Both the position numbers and the translations under genes were made by a program. Below, piece after piece: positions 1 to 8,556 of a stretch of 13,938 nt of DNA (the first letter of the stretch is position 1; every line of letters starts with the position of its first letter). The notes beneath the pieces were generated by a model. It saw nothing but the letters and a program-made list of their open reading frames with translations, made no database searches and was not told the origin of the DNA. Source of the stretch: Anaerolineae bacterium (GTDB taxonomy: Bacteria; Chloroflexota; Anaerolineae; S140-20). The stretch is taken from NCBI GenBank assembly GCA_027021705.1, contig JALUTT010000044.1, positions 1 through 13,938 on the forward strand, read 5' to 3'.

Positions 1-211
1 CCGCGTCCCCCCTCCCTGCCCAAGAGACATCCGCGCCGACCCGTCGCACCCGCGTCTATCCGCGTCCCCCCTGCCCAAGAGACATCCGCGCCGACCCGTC
101 GCACCCGCGTCTATCCGCGTCCCCCCTGCTCAAGAGACATCCGTGCCGACCCGTCGCACCCGCGTCTATCCGCGTCCCCCCTGCTCAAGAGACATCCGTG
201 CCGACCCGTCG
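1..211. repeat. Tandem repeat, 55-bp period, about 3.8 copies visible (may be truncated by the window start)
   Basis: CAAGAGACATCCGYGCCGACCCGTCG recurs at 21, 76, 131 and 186. The period is not a multiple of 3 and there are no variable spacers. Confidence 0.95.
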
Positions 212-259
212 AGCTACGGACTCCTCGAAGACAGGTGGCTATGGGGAATCCCAACTTTG

Positions 260-268
260 TGGTATACT
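260..268 (+). promoter_or_regulatory. Putative extended -10 promoter element for argF
   Basis: TG-G-TATACT matches TGnTATAAT with one mismatch. It lies in an AT-richer patch 30 nt upstream of ATG 298. No good -35 element is visible. Confidence 0.55.
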
Positions 269-297
269 TCAAGGGAATCCCACACAAGGAGGAGCCT

Positions 298-1221
298 ATG
301 GAGCACTTTCTCAGTCTCGCCGATCTCGCCCCCGAGGAACTCCGCGCCCTGTTGGACCTCGCCCTCGACCTGAAACGGGAATGGCAATCCAGTGGAAACC
401 GCCCCCTCCTCCAGGGCAAGACGCTGGGGATGGTCTTCCAGAAACCTTCCCTGCGCACCCGCGTTTCTTTTGAGATGGGGATGATCCACCTGGGCGGCCA
501 GGCCCTCTACCTCTCCCCCAACGAGATCCAGTTGGGCAAGCGCGAGAGCGTGGCCGACGTGGCCCGCGTCCTCTCCCGCTACGTGGACGGCATCATGGCC
601 CGCGTCTTCGCCCACGACCACCTGCTGGAACTGGCCCGCTACTCCCGTGTGCCCGTCATCAACGGGCTGAGCGACTACAACCACCCCTGCCAGGGGTTCA
701 CCGACTTCTTCACCATCCTGGAGAAGAAAGGGCGTCTGAAGGGGCTCAAGCTGGCCTACGTGGGGGATGGGAACAACGTCGCCACCTCGCTCCTCTTCGG
801 CGCGACCAAGCTGGGGGTGGACTTCGCCATCGCCACCCCGGAGGGGTACGGGCTGCCCGAGGAGGTTTGGTCGCTGGGTGAGCAGTTCGCCGCCCAGAGC
901 GGTAGCCGGCTCCTCCGCACCACCGATCCGGTGGAAGCGGTCACCGACGCCGACGTCATCTACACCGACGTCTGGACCTCGATGGGCCAGGAGGCCGAGA
1001 TGGAAAAGCGGCTCCGGGTCTTCCCACCCTACCAGGTCAACGCCCGGCTGGTGGCCCAGGCCAAGCCCGACGTGATCGTGATGCACTGCCTGCCGGCCCA
1101 TCGGGGCCAGGAGATCACCGACGAGGTGGCCGACGGCCCCCACTCCGTCCTCTTCGACCAGGCGGAGAACCGGATGCACGCCCAGAAAGCGATCCTGGCC
1201 CGGCTGCTGGGCGAGGCCTAG
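298..1221 (+). CDS. argF: Ornithine carbamoyltransferase (307 aa)
   Basis: Carbamoyl-phosphate motif SLRTRVSFE, plus [15 protein letters not shown] and HCLP. Start moved from 235 to ATG 298 because of the RBS AAGGAGG at 286-292. Confidence 0.95.
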   Translation: MEHFLSLADLAPEELRALLDLALDLKREWQSSGNRPLLQGKTLGMVFQKPSLRTRVSFEMGMIHLGGQALYLSPNEIQLGKRESVADVARVLSRYVDGIMARVFAHDHLLELARYSRVPVINGLSDYNHPCQGFTDFFTILEKKGRLKGLKLAYVGDGNNVATSLLFGATKLGVDFAIATPEGYGLPEEVWSLGEQFAAQSGSRLLRTTDPVEAVTDADVIYTDVWTSMGQEAEMEKRLRVFPPYQVNARLVAQAKPDVIVMHCLPAHRGQEITDEVADGPHSVLFDQAENRMHAQKAILARLLGEA

Positions 1222-1380
1222 CGCGGCTGGCTGGCAACCAGCAACCTGGCCAGGGAGGCCGAGGAGCTCCTTGCCGACGATGGGTTCCTAGTGGCTTGCC
1301 CGCTAGCGGCCTGGCCCGCTCGCGACGGGCGGCCTGGCAAACGGGATTAGGAGAGACGGACCACGCCAGGAGGGAATGCC

Positions 1381-3621
1381 GTGGCCGGAAGAGAGGACGT
1401 CTATCAGGAAGCGATCCGACGAGGACACAGCTTTGCCTGGGAGGGGAAGTGGGAAGAAGCCGCCGCCGAATATCGGCGGGCGCTGGCCGAGTTCCCCCAG
1501 GACCCCAAGGCAACGGCAGGGTTGGGATTGGCCTACCTCAAGCTGGGCCGGCTCCAGGATGCCCTGGAGGTCTACCAGCACCTGGCCCGCCTCGCTCCCA
1601 ATGACCCTGCCATCCTGCAGAAGGTTGCTGACCTTCAGGAGCGGTTGAACCAGACCCACGAAGCAGCCCAGACCCTGCTGCTGGCTGCCGAACTGCAGGT
1701 ACGGCGACAGGGCCTGCAGAAGACGCTTCCCCTGTGGGAACGCGCCGTCCAGTTGGCTCCCGACATCCCCCAGCCCCACGAGCGGCTGGCCCGAGCCTAC
1801 CACCAACTGGGGCAGTCCCGTAAGGCCGTTCGGGCCTACCTCAACCTGGCCAGCGTCTACCAGGCGGTGGGACAGGTGGAAAAAGCCGAAGAGGCCTGCC
1901 AGCGCGCCCTGGAGATGGATCCCCACAACACCGACGTCCTCAACGCCCTCGATGCTATCCGCTACGGAGAGCCCCTCCTGGCCGTCTCCTCGGCCCTCCA
2001 ACCCTCTCCCGCCGAAGAGGCGATGGACCTCTTCGGAGCCCCGGAGGAAGAGGAGGAAGGCCCGGAGAGCGAGAGCCCCGTTGAGGCCACCCGTCAGAAG
2101 GCCCTGACCGAGCTGGCCAGCGCCCTGCTGGAGGAGACGCTGGCCGAGCAGTCCCCCGAGGCGGAGGCGCTGCTCATCCAGGCCATTGACTACCAGACCC
2201 GAGGGGAGGCAGAGAAGGCCATCGCCGCCTACGAGCAGGCGGTGCAGGCCGGCGCCGACCGACCGGCTATCCACTTCAACCTGGGGCTCCTCTACCAACA
2301 AGCTCTGCGCTTCGACGAGGCGGTGGAGCAGTTCAACCTCGCCGTCCAGCACCCGGAGTATGCCATGGGCAGCTACTTCGCCCTGGGAGAGTGCCTCCGA
2401 GCCCAAGGGCGGATCGGCGAGGCCCTGAAGTACTTCCTCGAAGTCCTCAAGCTGGTGGACCTCTCCACCGTGCGCCCGGAACAGGCCGAGGAACTGCTCC
2501 AGGTCTACGATGGCCTGACGGCCAGCTACACGGCCAAGGACGAGGAGACCATCATCCAGTTCATCAACGCCCTGGTCGAGTTCCTGAGCGGCAAGGGATG
2601 GGAGAGAAAGGCCCAGAAGGCACGTCGCCAACTGGATAGCGTGGCCGAGGACGGCCGGCTGGTCAGCCTGGCCGAAATCCTGGCCGTCCCCAACCCCGAG
2701 CAGGTCCTGGAGTCCCTGGCCCTCATCCGCCAGTACCAGCAGCAGGGCATGCTCTACACCGCCAAAGAGGAATGTTTCTGGGCCATCCAGCAAGCCCCGG
2801 ACTACCTGCCCCTCCACCTCTACCTGGCCAACATCTTCCTTCAGGAGAACGAGCTGGAGCGGGCCGTTGCCAAGTACCTGGCCATCGCGGACACCTACAG
2901 CGTTCGGGGGGAGGTCCATCAGGCGATGCGCCTCTACCGCCAGGTCCTGGAGATCGCGCCGATGGACCTGGACGTGCGGACCCGCCTGATCGAGCTGCTG
3001 GTCAGCCACGGCGAAGTGGAGCAGGCTCTGGAGGAGTACCTGGCCCTGGCCAACACCTACTTCGAGCTGGCCCAGATGGAAAGGGCTCGCAGCACCTACC
3101 AGGAAGCCCTGCAACTGGCCTCCCGTTCCCCCAACGAGAAGGCGTGGAAGGTCAGGATCCTGCATCGGCTGGGCGACATTGACATGCAGCTCATTGACTG
3201 GCGTCAGGCCGTGAAGGTCTATCAGCAGATCTGCCAGTTGGACCCGGAGGATGAGAAGGCCCGCCTGCGCCTGATGACCCTCTACACCCGCCTGGGACGG
3301 CGACAGGACGCTCTGAGCCAGTTGGACACCCTGCTGGCCGCCTACCGGGCCCAGGGCAAGACGCAGAAGATCCACGCGGTGCTGGAGGAGGCCGTCGAGA
3401 ACCACCCGGATGACCAGGACCTGCGCAAGCGGCTGGCCCGGGCCTATCTGGAGAGCGGGATGCGGGAGAAAGCGATCGAGCAGTTGGACGCCCTGGGGGA
3501 GCTCCAGCTTGAGGCAGGCCGAATCCAGGAGGCCATCGTCACCATCCGTGCGATCATCGCCCTGAACCCGGAGAACGTCGAAGCCTACCGGCAACTCCTG
3601 GGCCAACTGATGAGCTCGTAA
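1381..3621 (+). CDS. Large tetratricopeptide-repeat protein (746 aa)
   Basis: Many TPR-like helical repeats (e.g. AAAEYRRALAEFPQDPKATAGLGLAYLKLG, IHFNLGLLYQQ) and an acidic linker PEEEEEGPESES. GTG start with RBS AGGAGG at 1368-1373. Confidence 0.9.
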   Translation: MAGREDVYQEAIRRGHSFAWEGKWEEAAAEYRRALAEFPQDPKATAGLGLAYLKLGRLQDALEVYQHLARLAPNDPAILQKVADLQERLNQTHEAAQTLLLAAELQVRRQGLQKTLPLWERAVQLAPDIPQPHERLARAYHQLGQSRKAVRAYLNLASVYQAVGQVEKAEEACQRALEMDPHNTDVLNALDAIRYGEPLLAVSSALQPSPAEEAMDLFGAPEEEEEGPESESPVEATRQKALTELASALLEETLAEQSPEAEALLIQAIDYQTRGEAEKAIAAYEQAVQAGADRPAIHFNLGLLYQQALRFDEAVEQFNLAVQHPEYAMGSYFALGECLRAQGRIGEALKYFLEVLKLVDLSTVRPEQAEELLQVYDGLTASYTAKDEETIIQFINALVEFLSGKGWERKAQKARRQLDSVAEDGRLVSLAEILAVPNPEQVLESLALIRQYQQQGMLYTAKEECFWAIQQAPDYLPLHLYLANIFLQENELERAVAKYLAIADTYSVRGEVHQAMRLYRQVLEIAPMDLDVRTRLIELLVSHGEVEQALEEYLALANTYFELAQMERARSTYQEALQLASRSPNEKAWKVRILHRLGDIDMQLIDWRQAVKVYQQICQLDPEDEKARLRLMTLYTRLGRRQDALSQLDTLLAAYRAQGKTQKIHAVLEEAVENHPDDQDLRKRLARAYLESGMREKAIEQLDALGELQLEAGRIQEAIVTIRAIIALNPENVEAYRQLLGQLMSS

Positions 3622-3629
3622 CCCCATCT

Positions 3630-3702
3630 CTTACGTTTCACGCCTTACGTTTCACGCCTTACGTTTCACGCCTTACGTTTCACACCTTACGTTTCACACC
3701 TT
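3630..3702. repeat. Short tandem repeat (CTTACGTTTCACRC) x5, 14-bp unit with 7-bp sub-periodicity
   Basis: Units start at 3630, 3644 and 3658 (ending CACGC) and at 3672 and 3686 (ending CACAC). The array fills most of the TPR-cdaA gap. Confidence 0.95.
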
Positions 3703-3716
3703 CACCTTTCCAAACG

Positions 3717-4598
3717 ATGACCGAACTGTGGTGGACCCTTCAGAAGCTGAACTGGCTAAGTCTCTTCGACATCCTGTTGGTGGCGGCGATCTTCTTCGGG
3801 CTGCTCTACTTGGTGCGGGGGACACCGGCCGTCTCCCTGTTGCGAGGGATGCTCGTCCTGGGCATCGCCGTGGGCCTGCTGAGCAGTTGGCTCCGGTTGT
3901 TGGCCTTTAGCTGGCTGCTGCGCAAAGCGGTGCCGGCCCTCCTGGTGGCCATCCCCGTCATCTTTCAGCCCGAACTGCGCCGGGCCCTGGAGCGGGTGGG
4001 ACGGGCCGGCACCCTCTTCAACCGCACCCCCGGCGAGGTGGAGCGGGTTGAGCGGCTCATCGAGACCGTCGCCCGGGCCTGCCAGCGGCTGGTCGAACGC
4101 CGTCACGGGGCGCTGATCGTCCTGGAGCGGGAGACGGGGCTCCAGGAGTACGCCGACACCGGGGTGATGCTCAACGCCGACTGCTCCGTAGAGTTGCTCT
4201 TGACCATCTTCGACCCCCATACGCCGTTGCACGACGGAGCCGTGATCGTGCGGCATGGACGCATCCTGGCCGCCGCCTGCGTCCTCCCGCTGACCACCGC
4301 CTTCCTGGCCGACCGGCAGTTGGGCCTGCGCCATCGGGCCGGCATCGGCGTCACCGAAGAGACCGACGCCATCGCCATCATCGTCTCCGAAGAGCGGGGC
4401 ACCATCTCCATCGCTCACAACGGGCGGATCATCCATCGGCTGGATGCGACCCGCCTGCGCACGGTGCTGCGGGCCTTCTACCAGTCTCAATTGGAACGGG
4501 CAGGACGGCGGCTCTTCCGCCGGCCCTTCCCCTTCCCCCTCGAACATTCGTCGGTGAGCGCCCCGCGCCAACCTGCTCCAGGAGAGCAACAGCGATGA
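3717..4598 (+). CDS. cdaA: Membrane-bound diadenylate cyclase CdaA (DacA)
   Basis: N-terminal hydrophobic helices, VIFQPELRRALE, and the catalytic DAC motifs HDGA and GLRHRA followed by VSEERG. Confidence 0.93.
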   Translation: MTELWWTLQKLNWLSLFDILLVAAIFFGLLYLVRGTPAVSLLRGMLVLGIAVGLLSSWLRLLAFSWLLRKAVPALLVAIPVIFQPELRRALERVGRAGTLFNRTPGEVERVERLIETVARACQRLVERRHGALIVLERETGLQEYADTGVMLNADCSVELLLTIFDPHTPLHDGAVIVRHGRILAAACVLPLTTAFLADRQLGLRHRAGIGVTEETDAIAIIVSEERGTISIAHNGRIIHRLDATRLRTVLRAFYQSQLERAGRRLFRRPFPFPLEHSSVSAPRQPAPGEQQR

Positions 4599-5902
4599 TC
4601 CGTTGGTTAGCGCAGAACTTCGGCCTGATCGTCCTCTCGCTGATCCTGGCCACCATCGTCTGGATCGTGGCCGCGATGGAGGCCGATCCCGTCCGCGAGC
4701 GCACCTTCCTTCAGGTTCCCCTCCAGGTGACCAACCTGCCGGAACCGATGCGCATCTTGGATCAGAGCACAGAGACGGTCCAGGTGCGCCTGCGGGCGCC
4801 GGAGTCCGTGCTGCGAACCGTCGAGCCGGCGACGATCCGGGCCTGGGTGGACGCCGATGGGCTGACGCCGGGCACCCATGCGCTGCCCGTGCAGGCGGAG
4901 CTCCCGCCCGAGGTCCCGGCCAAGCTGATCAGCGTCAGCCCTGCCCAGGTGGTGCTCCAGGTGGACGAGGAGCGGACGCGGACGCTGACCGTCACCGTCC
5001 GCCTCGTCGGCGAGCCGGCCTTGGGCTACACAGCCCAACGGCCCGTCGTCTCCCCCGACACCGTCACCATCCGGGGGCCAGCCTCCCAGGTGGATCGGGT
5101 GAAGACGGCTTTGGTCCAGGTCTCGCTGCGGGGGACACGGAGCAGCGTGGAGCAGACCCTCACCGTCCTGCTGCGGGACGCCGAGGGCAAGCCGGTGAGC
5201 GGCGTCATCCTCAGCCCGGAGCGGGTCCACGTCTCCGTTCCCGTGGAGCAGTTGGGGAACTACCGGGACCTGGCCGTCAAGGTGCGCTTGGAGGGAGACC
5301 CAGCACCGGGATACTGGATCAGCCAGGTCTCCACCGAGCCCCAGTTGGTGACCGTCTTCGCCGCGCCGGGGCTGATTGACCAGTTGCCCGGCTTCCTGGA
5401 GACCCTGACCGTCACGGTGGAAGGGGCCAGCGACGACATCGTGGAGCGGGTGGCCCTGGACGTCCCTCCCAACGTCACCGTCGTCGTCCCCAGCGAGCCC
5501 TCGGTCCAGGTGCAGATCCGGGTAGAAGCCCTGCAGGCGAGCAAACGGCTGACGGTGAAGCCCACGGTGCAGGGGCTCACCCCTGGCCTGGTGCCGGTGC
5601 TCTCCCCCCAGTCCGTGGACCTGATCCTGTCGGGGCCCCAGCCCCGGCTGGAGACGCTGACGCCCGATATGATCCGGCTGGTGCTCGACCTGAGCGGGCT
5701 GGTGACGGGCACGCACCAACTGGAACCCCAACCGGTCGTGCCGGAGGGGCTCACCGTGGTCAGCATCCTGCCCGCCTCCATCCAGGTGGAGCTGCTGCCG
5801 GAGCCTCCGGTGACCCCAACACCCACGCTGACGGGGACGCTGCCCGTGACCCCAACGATCATCACACCGACAGTTCCGGTCACGCCGACGACGGGGCCGT
5901 GA
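4595..5902 (+). CDS. cdaR: CdaR/YbbR-domain regulator of diadenylate cyclase with a Pro/Thr-rich tail
   Basis: N-terminal membrane anchor and repeated Val/Pro-rich beta modules (SPDTVTIRGP, SPQSVDLILSGP). ATGA overlap with cdaA, the canonical gene pair. Confidence 0.88.
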   Translation: MIRWLAQNFGLIVLSLILATIVWIVAAMEADPVRERTFLQVPLQVTNLPEPMRILDQSTETVQVRLRAPESVLRTVEPATIRAWVDADGLTPGTHALPVQAELPPEVPAKLISVSPAQVVLQVDEERTRTLTVTVRLVGEPALGYTAQRPVVSPDTVTIRGPASQVDRVKTALVQVSLRGTRSSVEQTLTVLLRDAEGKPVSGVILSPERVHVSVPVEQLGNYRDLAVKVRLEGDPAPGYWISQVSTEPQLVTVFAAPGLIDQLPGFLETLTVTVEGASDDIVERVALDVPPNVTVVVPSEPSVQVQIRVEALQASKRLTVKPTVQGLTPGLVPVLSPQSVDLILSGPQPRLETLTPDMIRLVLDLSGLVTGTHQLEPQPVVPEGLTVVSILPASIQVELLPEPPVTPTPTLTGTLPVTPTIITPTVPVTPTTGP

Positions 5903-5941
5903 CCCGATTTGAGACCGAAAGGGCACAAGGACTAACTGTCC

Positions 5942-6038
5942 ACCCTCCCGCAGGTTAGGCGCGTTTCCGACGCGAAACCGTGCTTCAAATAGCCCATCGG
6001 GGCTGAAAGCGCCCTCGACCGGTAACCTGCGGGAGGGT
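5942..6038. repeat. 97-bp element bounded by perfect 16-bp inverted repeats (MITE-like or structured RNA)
   Basis: ACCCTCCCGCAGGTTA at 5942-5957 is the exact reverse complement of TAACCTGCGGGAGGGT at 6023-6038. Internal hairpin AGCCC-atcg-GGGCT at 5991-6004. Confidence 0.85.
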
Positions 6039-6062
6039 AGGCTGAATAGATACGGACAGGCT

Positions 6063-7469
6063 ATGGCGAAACCGAAACCCATCGTGGCCCTGGTGGGCCG
6101 GCCCAACGTGGGCAAATCCACCCTCTTCAACCGTCTGGCCGGGGCTCGGCTGGCCGTCGTGGACGAGCGGCCCGGGACCACACGGGATCGGTTGCACGCC
6201 GACACCGACTGGGCCGGCGTCTCCTTCACCGTGGTGGACACCGGCGGCATCGAGGTGTTGCCCGAGCGGCGGTTGGAGGCGGTGGAGCAGCGGCTGCGGG
6301 GGCGGCGGGTTCACGCTCCCGTGGAGCCCCTGGCCGAGAACTCCGCCCTCTTCGTCCGGGAGATCCGGGAGCAGGCCGAGATCGCCATCGCCGAGGCGGA
6401 CGTCATCGTGATGCTGACGGACGCCCAGACCGGCCTGACGGCGGCCGATGAGGAGGTGGCCGCCATCCTGCGCCGCACCCACAAGCCGGTCATCGTGGCC
6501 GTTAACAAGGCCGACAACGCCGCCCTGCGCGAGGCGGCCACCGAGTTCTACGCCCTGGGGCTGGGCGAGGTCTACCCCATCTCGGCCCTGCACGGCACCG
6601 GCACCGGTGACCTGCTGGACGCGGTCGTCACCGCCCTGCCCCCTGCCCCACCCGAGGAGGAGGACGAAGAATCGGTCAAGATCGCCATCGTGGGCCGGCC
6701 CAACGTGGGCAAATCCTCCCTCCTCAACCGGCTCCTGGGCGAGGAGCGGGCCATCGTCAGCCCCATCCCCGGCACCACCCGCGACGCCATAGACACCCGT
6801 CTGGAGTGGGAGGGCATCCCCATCACGCTCATTGACACGGCCGGCATCCGTCGGCGGGGCCGGATCGGGCGAGGGGTTGAGAAGTACAGCGTCCTGCGGG
6901 CTCTGCGGGCCATCCGCCGGGCCGACGTAGCCCTGCTGCTGGTGGACGCCACCGAGGGGGTCACAGCCCAGGACACCCACATCGCCGGGATGATCCTGGA
7001 CGAGGCGGTCAGCGTCGTCGTCCTGGTCAACAAGTGGGATGCCATCGAGAAGGACACCTACACGATGGTCGAGTACGGCAAGGAGGTGCGGGCCGCGCTG
7101 CACTTTATGGACTACGTGCCCGTCCTCTTCATCTCGGCCCTGACCGGTCAGCGGGTGAACCAGGTCATCCCCACCGCCCTGCAGGTCCAGGAGCAGCGGC
7201 TGGTCCGCATCCCCACCGCCGAACTCAACCGCATCGTGCGGGCGGCCGTGGAGGCCCATCGTCCTCCCAGCAAGGCGGGAAAGCGACTGAAGATCTACTA
7301 CGCTGTCCAGCCGGCCGTGGACCCTCCCACCTTCATCTTCTACGTCAACGACCCCGACCTGGTCCACTTCTCCTACGAACGCTACCTGGAGAACCGGATC
7401 CGGGATCACTACGAGTTCCTGGGCACACCTCTGCGGCTGGTCTTCCGGGGGAAGAAACGGGGGAGGTAA
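6063..7469 (+). CDS. der: Ribosome biogenesis GTPase Der (EngA)
   Basis: Two GTPase domains (GRPNVGKS twice, DTGG/DTAG, NKAD/NKWD) and the C-terminal YERYLENRIR..F.GTPLRL. Confidence 0.97.
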   Translation: MAKPKPIVALVGRPNVGKSTLFNRLAGARLAVVDERPGTTRDRLHADTDWAGVSFTVVDTGGIEVLPERRLEAVEQRLRGRRVHAPVEPLAENSALFVREIREQAEIAIAEADVIVMLTDAQTGLTAADEEVAAILRRTHKPVIVAVNKADNAALREAATEFYALGLGEVYPISALHGTGTGDLLDAVVTALPPAPPEEEDEESVKIAIVGRPNVGKSSLLNRLLGEERAIVSPIPGTTRDAIDTRLEWEGIPITLIDTAGIRRRGRIGRGVEKYSVLRALRAIRRADVALLLVDATEGVTAQDTHIAGMILDEAVSVVVLVNKWDAIEKDTYTMVEYGKEVRAALHFMDYVPVLFISALTGQRVNQVIPTALQVQEQRLVRIPTAELNRIVRAAVEAHRPPSKAGKRLKIYYAVQPAVDPPTFIFYVNDPDLVHFSYERYLENRIRDHYEFLGTPLRLVFRGKKRGR

Positions 7470-7474
7470 CCGAC

Positions 7475-8383
7475 ATGGATCACTTCACCTTCAAGCCGGA
7501 AGTACAGGAGGCTCTGGAGGCGGGCCGGCCCGTCGTGGCGCTGGAATCCACCCTCATCAGCCACGGGCTGCCCTACCCGACCAACCTGGGCCTGGCCCAG
7601 GGGATGGAGGACATCATCCGCGAGGCCGGGGCGATACCGGCCACCATCGCCGTCCTGAAGGGCCGGGTGCACGTGGGGCTCACGGCTATGGAGCTGGAGC
7701 GTCTGGCCCAGCCCCACTCCCGGCAGGAGGTGCGCAAGGCCAGCCGGCGGGACCTACCCATCGTCGTCGGGCTGGGGCTGGACGGCGCGACGACGGTGGC
7801 GGCCACCATCTTCATCGCCCATCGGGCCGGCATTGAGGTCTTCGCCACCGGGGGCATCGGGGGGGTGCACCGGGGCCACCCCTTCGACATCTCCGCCGAC
7901 CTCACCGAGCTGGGGCGCACGCCGGTGACGGTGGTCTGCGCCGGGGCCAAGGCGATCCTCGACCTGCCCCGGACCCGGGAGGTGCTGGAGACTCAGGGCG
8001 TGCCCGTCATCGGCTACGGCACCGACGAGATGCCGGCCTTCTACAGCCGCAGCAGCGGGCTGCCGGTGGACGTGCGGGTGGACGGCCCCGAGGAGGTCGC
8101 CACCATCATCCGCGCCCGGCGGGCGCTGGGGCTGAAGACGGGCTTGCTGGTCGTCGTCCCCATCCCTGAAGAAGACGCCATCCCCGCCGGGGAGATCGAG
8201 GCGGCCATCGTCCAGGCCACCCAGGAGGCCGAGGAGCAGGGGATCACCGGGGCAGCCATCACCCCCTTCGTCCTGACCCGGCTGAGCGAGCTGACGGAGG
8301 GGCGCAGCACCCGGGCCAACGTCGCCCTCCTGCGCAACAACGCCCGCGTCGCCGCCGAGATCGCTGCCGCGCTGGCCGCCTAG
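7475..8383 (+). CDS. psuG: Pseudouridine-5'-phosphate glycosidase (302 aa)
   Basis: Motifs VALESTLISHGLPYP, FATGGIGGVHRG, DISADL and GAKAILD. Start is ATG 7475 with RBS GGAGG at 7462-7466; the 7034 ORF start overlaps der. Confidence 0.93.
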   Translation: MDHFTFKPEVQEALEAGRPVVALESTLISHGLPYPTNLGLAQGMEDIIREAGAIPATIAVLKGRVHVGLTAMELERLAQPHSRQEVRKASRRDLPIVVGLGLDGATTVAATIFIAHRAGIEVFATGGIGGVHRGHPFDISADLTELGRTPVTVVCAGAKAILDLPRTREVLETQGVPVIGYGTDEMPAFYSRSSGLPVDVRVDGPEEVATIIRARRALGLKTGLLVVVPIPEEDAIPAGEIEAAIVQATQEAEEQGITGAAITPFVLTRLSELTEGRSTRANVALLRNNARVAAEIAAALAA

Positions 8384-8391
8384 CCCATTCC

Positions 8392-8409
8392 AATTGAGCG
8401 TGACCAAAA
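8392..8409. repeat. 18-bp direct repeat copy 1, AATTGAGCGTGACCAAAA
   Basis: Exact match at 13905-13922, extending to 23/25 with the downstream SCWGTTG. Confidence 0.9.
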
Positions 8410-8416
8410 GCTGTTG

Positions 8417-8556
8417 AACCACTGAAGCGCTGGGAGAAATGAGCTCACTGAGGCGTTGTGAGCCTCCTCCCCGCCGTCGGGGCATGGCCTTGCCGACGAC
8501 CTGGGCCGCCCTGCCCAAGGCTCAGTGTCTTCACCTCCCTCAGTGCGTCAGTGATT
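8417..8556. repeat. Imperfect 36-bp inverted repeat (CACTGA/TCAGTG-rich arms)
   Basis: 8417-8452 versus the reverse complement of 8521-8556 gives 26/36 ungapped matches by manual alignment. Confidence 0.7.

Noticed and set aside
1..211. CRISPR array
   Set aside because: Units are contiguous and near-identical with no unique spacers, and there are no cas genes in the window.
1222..1380. Possible riboswitch in the argF-TPR gap (GGCAAAC, palindrome CCGCTAGCGG, repeated GCGGCCTGGC)
   Set aside because: It lacks the remaining consensus elements of c-di-GMP-I or c-di-AMP riboswitches, and short GC stems are expected by chance. An Rfam scan would settle it.
6093..6716. 27-bp exact repeat GTGGGCCGGCCCAACGTGGGCAAATCC at 6093-6119 and 6690-6716
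   Set aside because: It encodes the two conserved G1 P-loops of Der and is explained by protein constraint plus codon bias.
1269..8499. 12-bp match CCTTGCCGACGA at 1269-1280 and 8488-8499
   Set aside because: Several 12-bp matches are expected by chance in a 14-kb GC-rich window.
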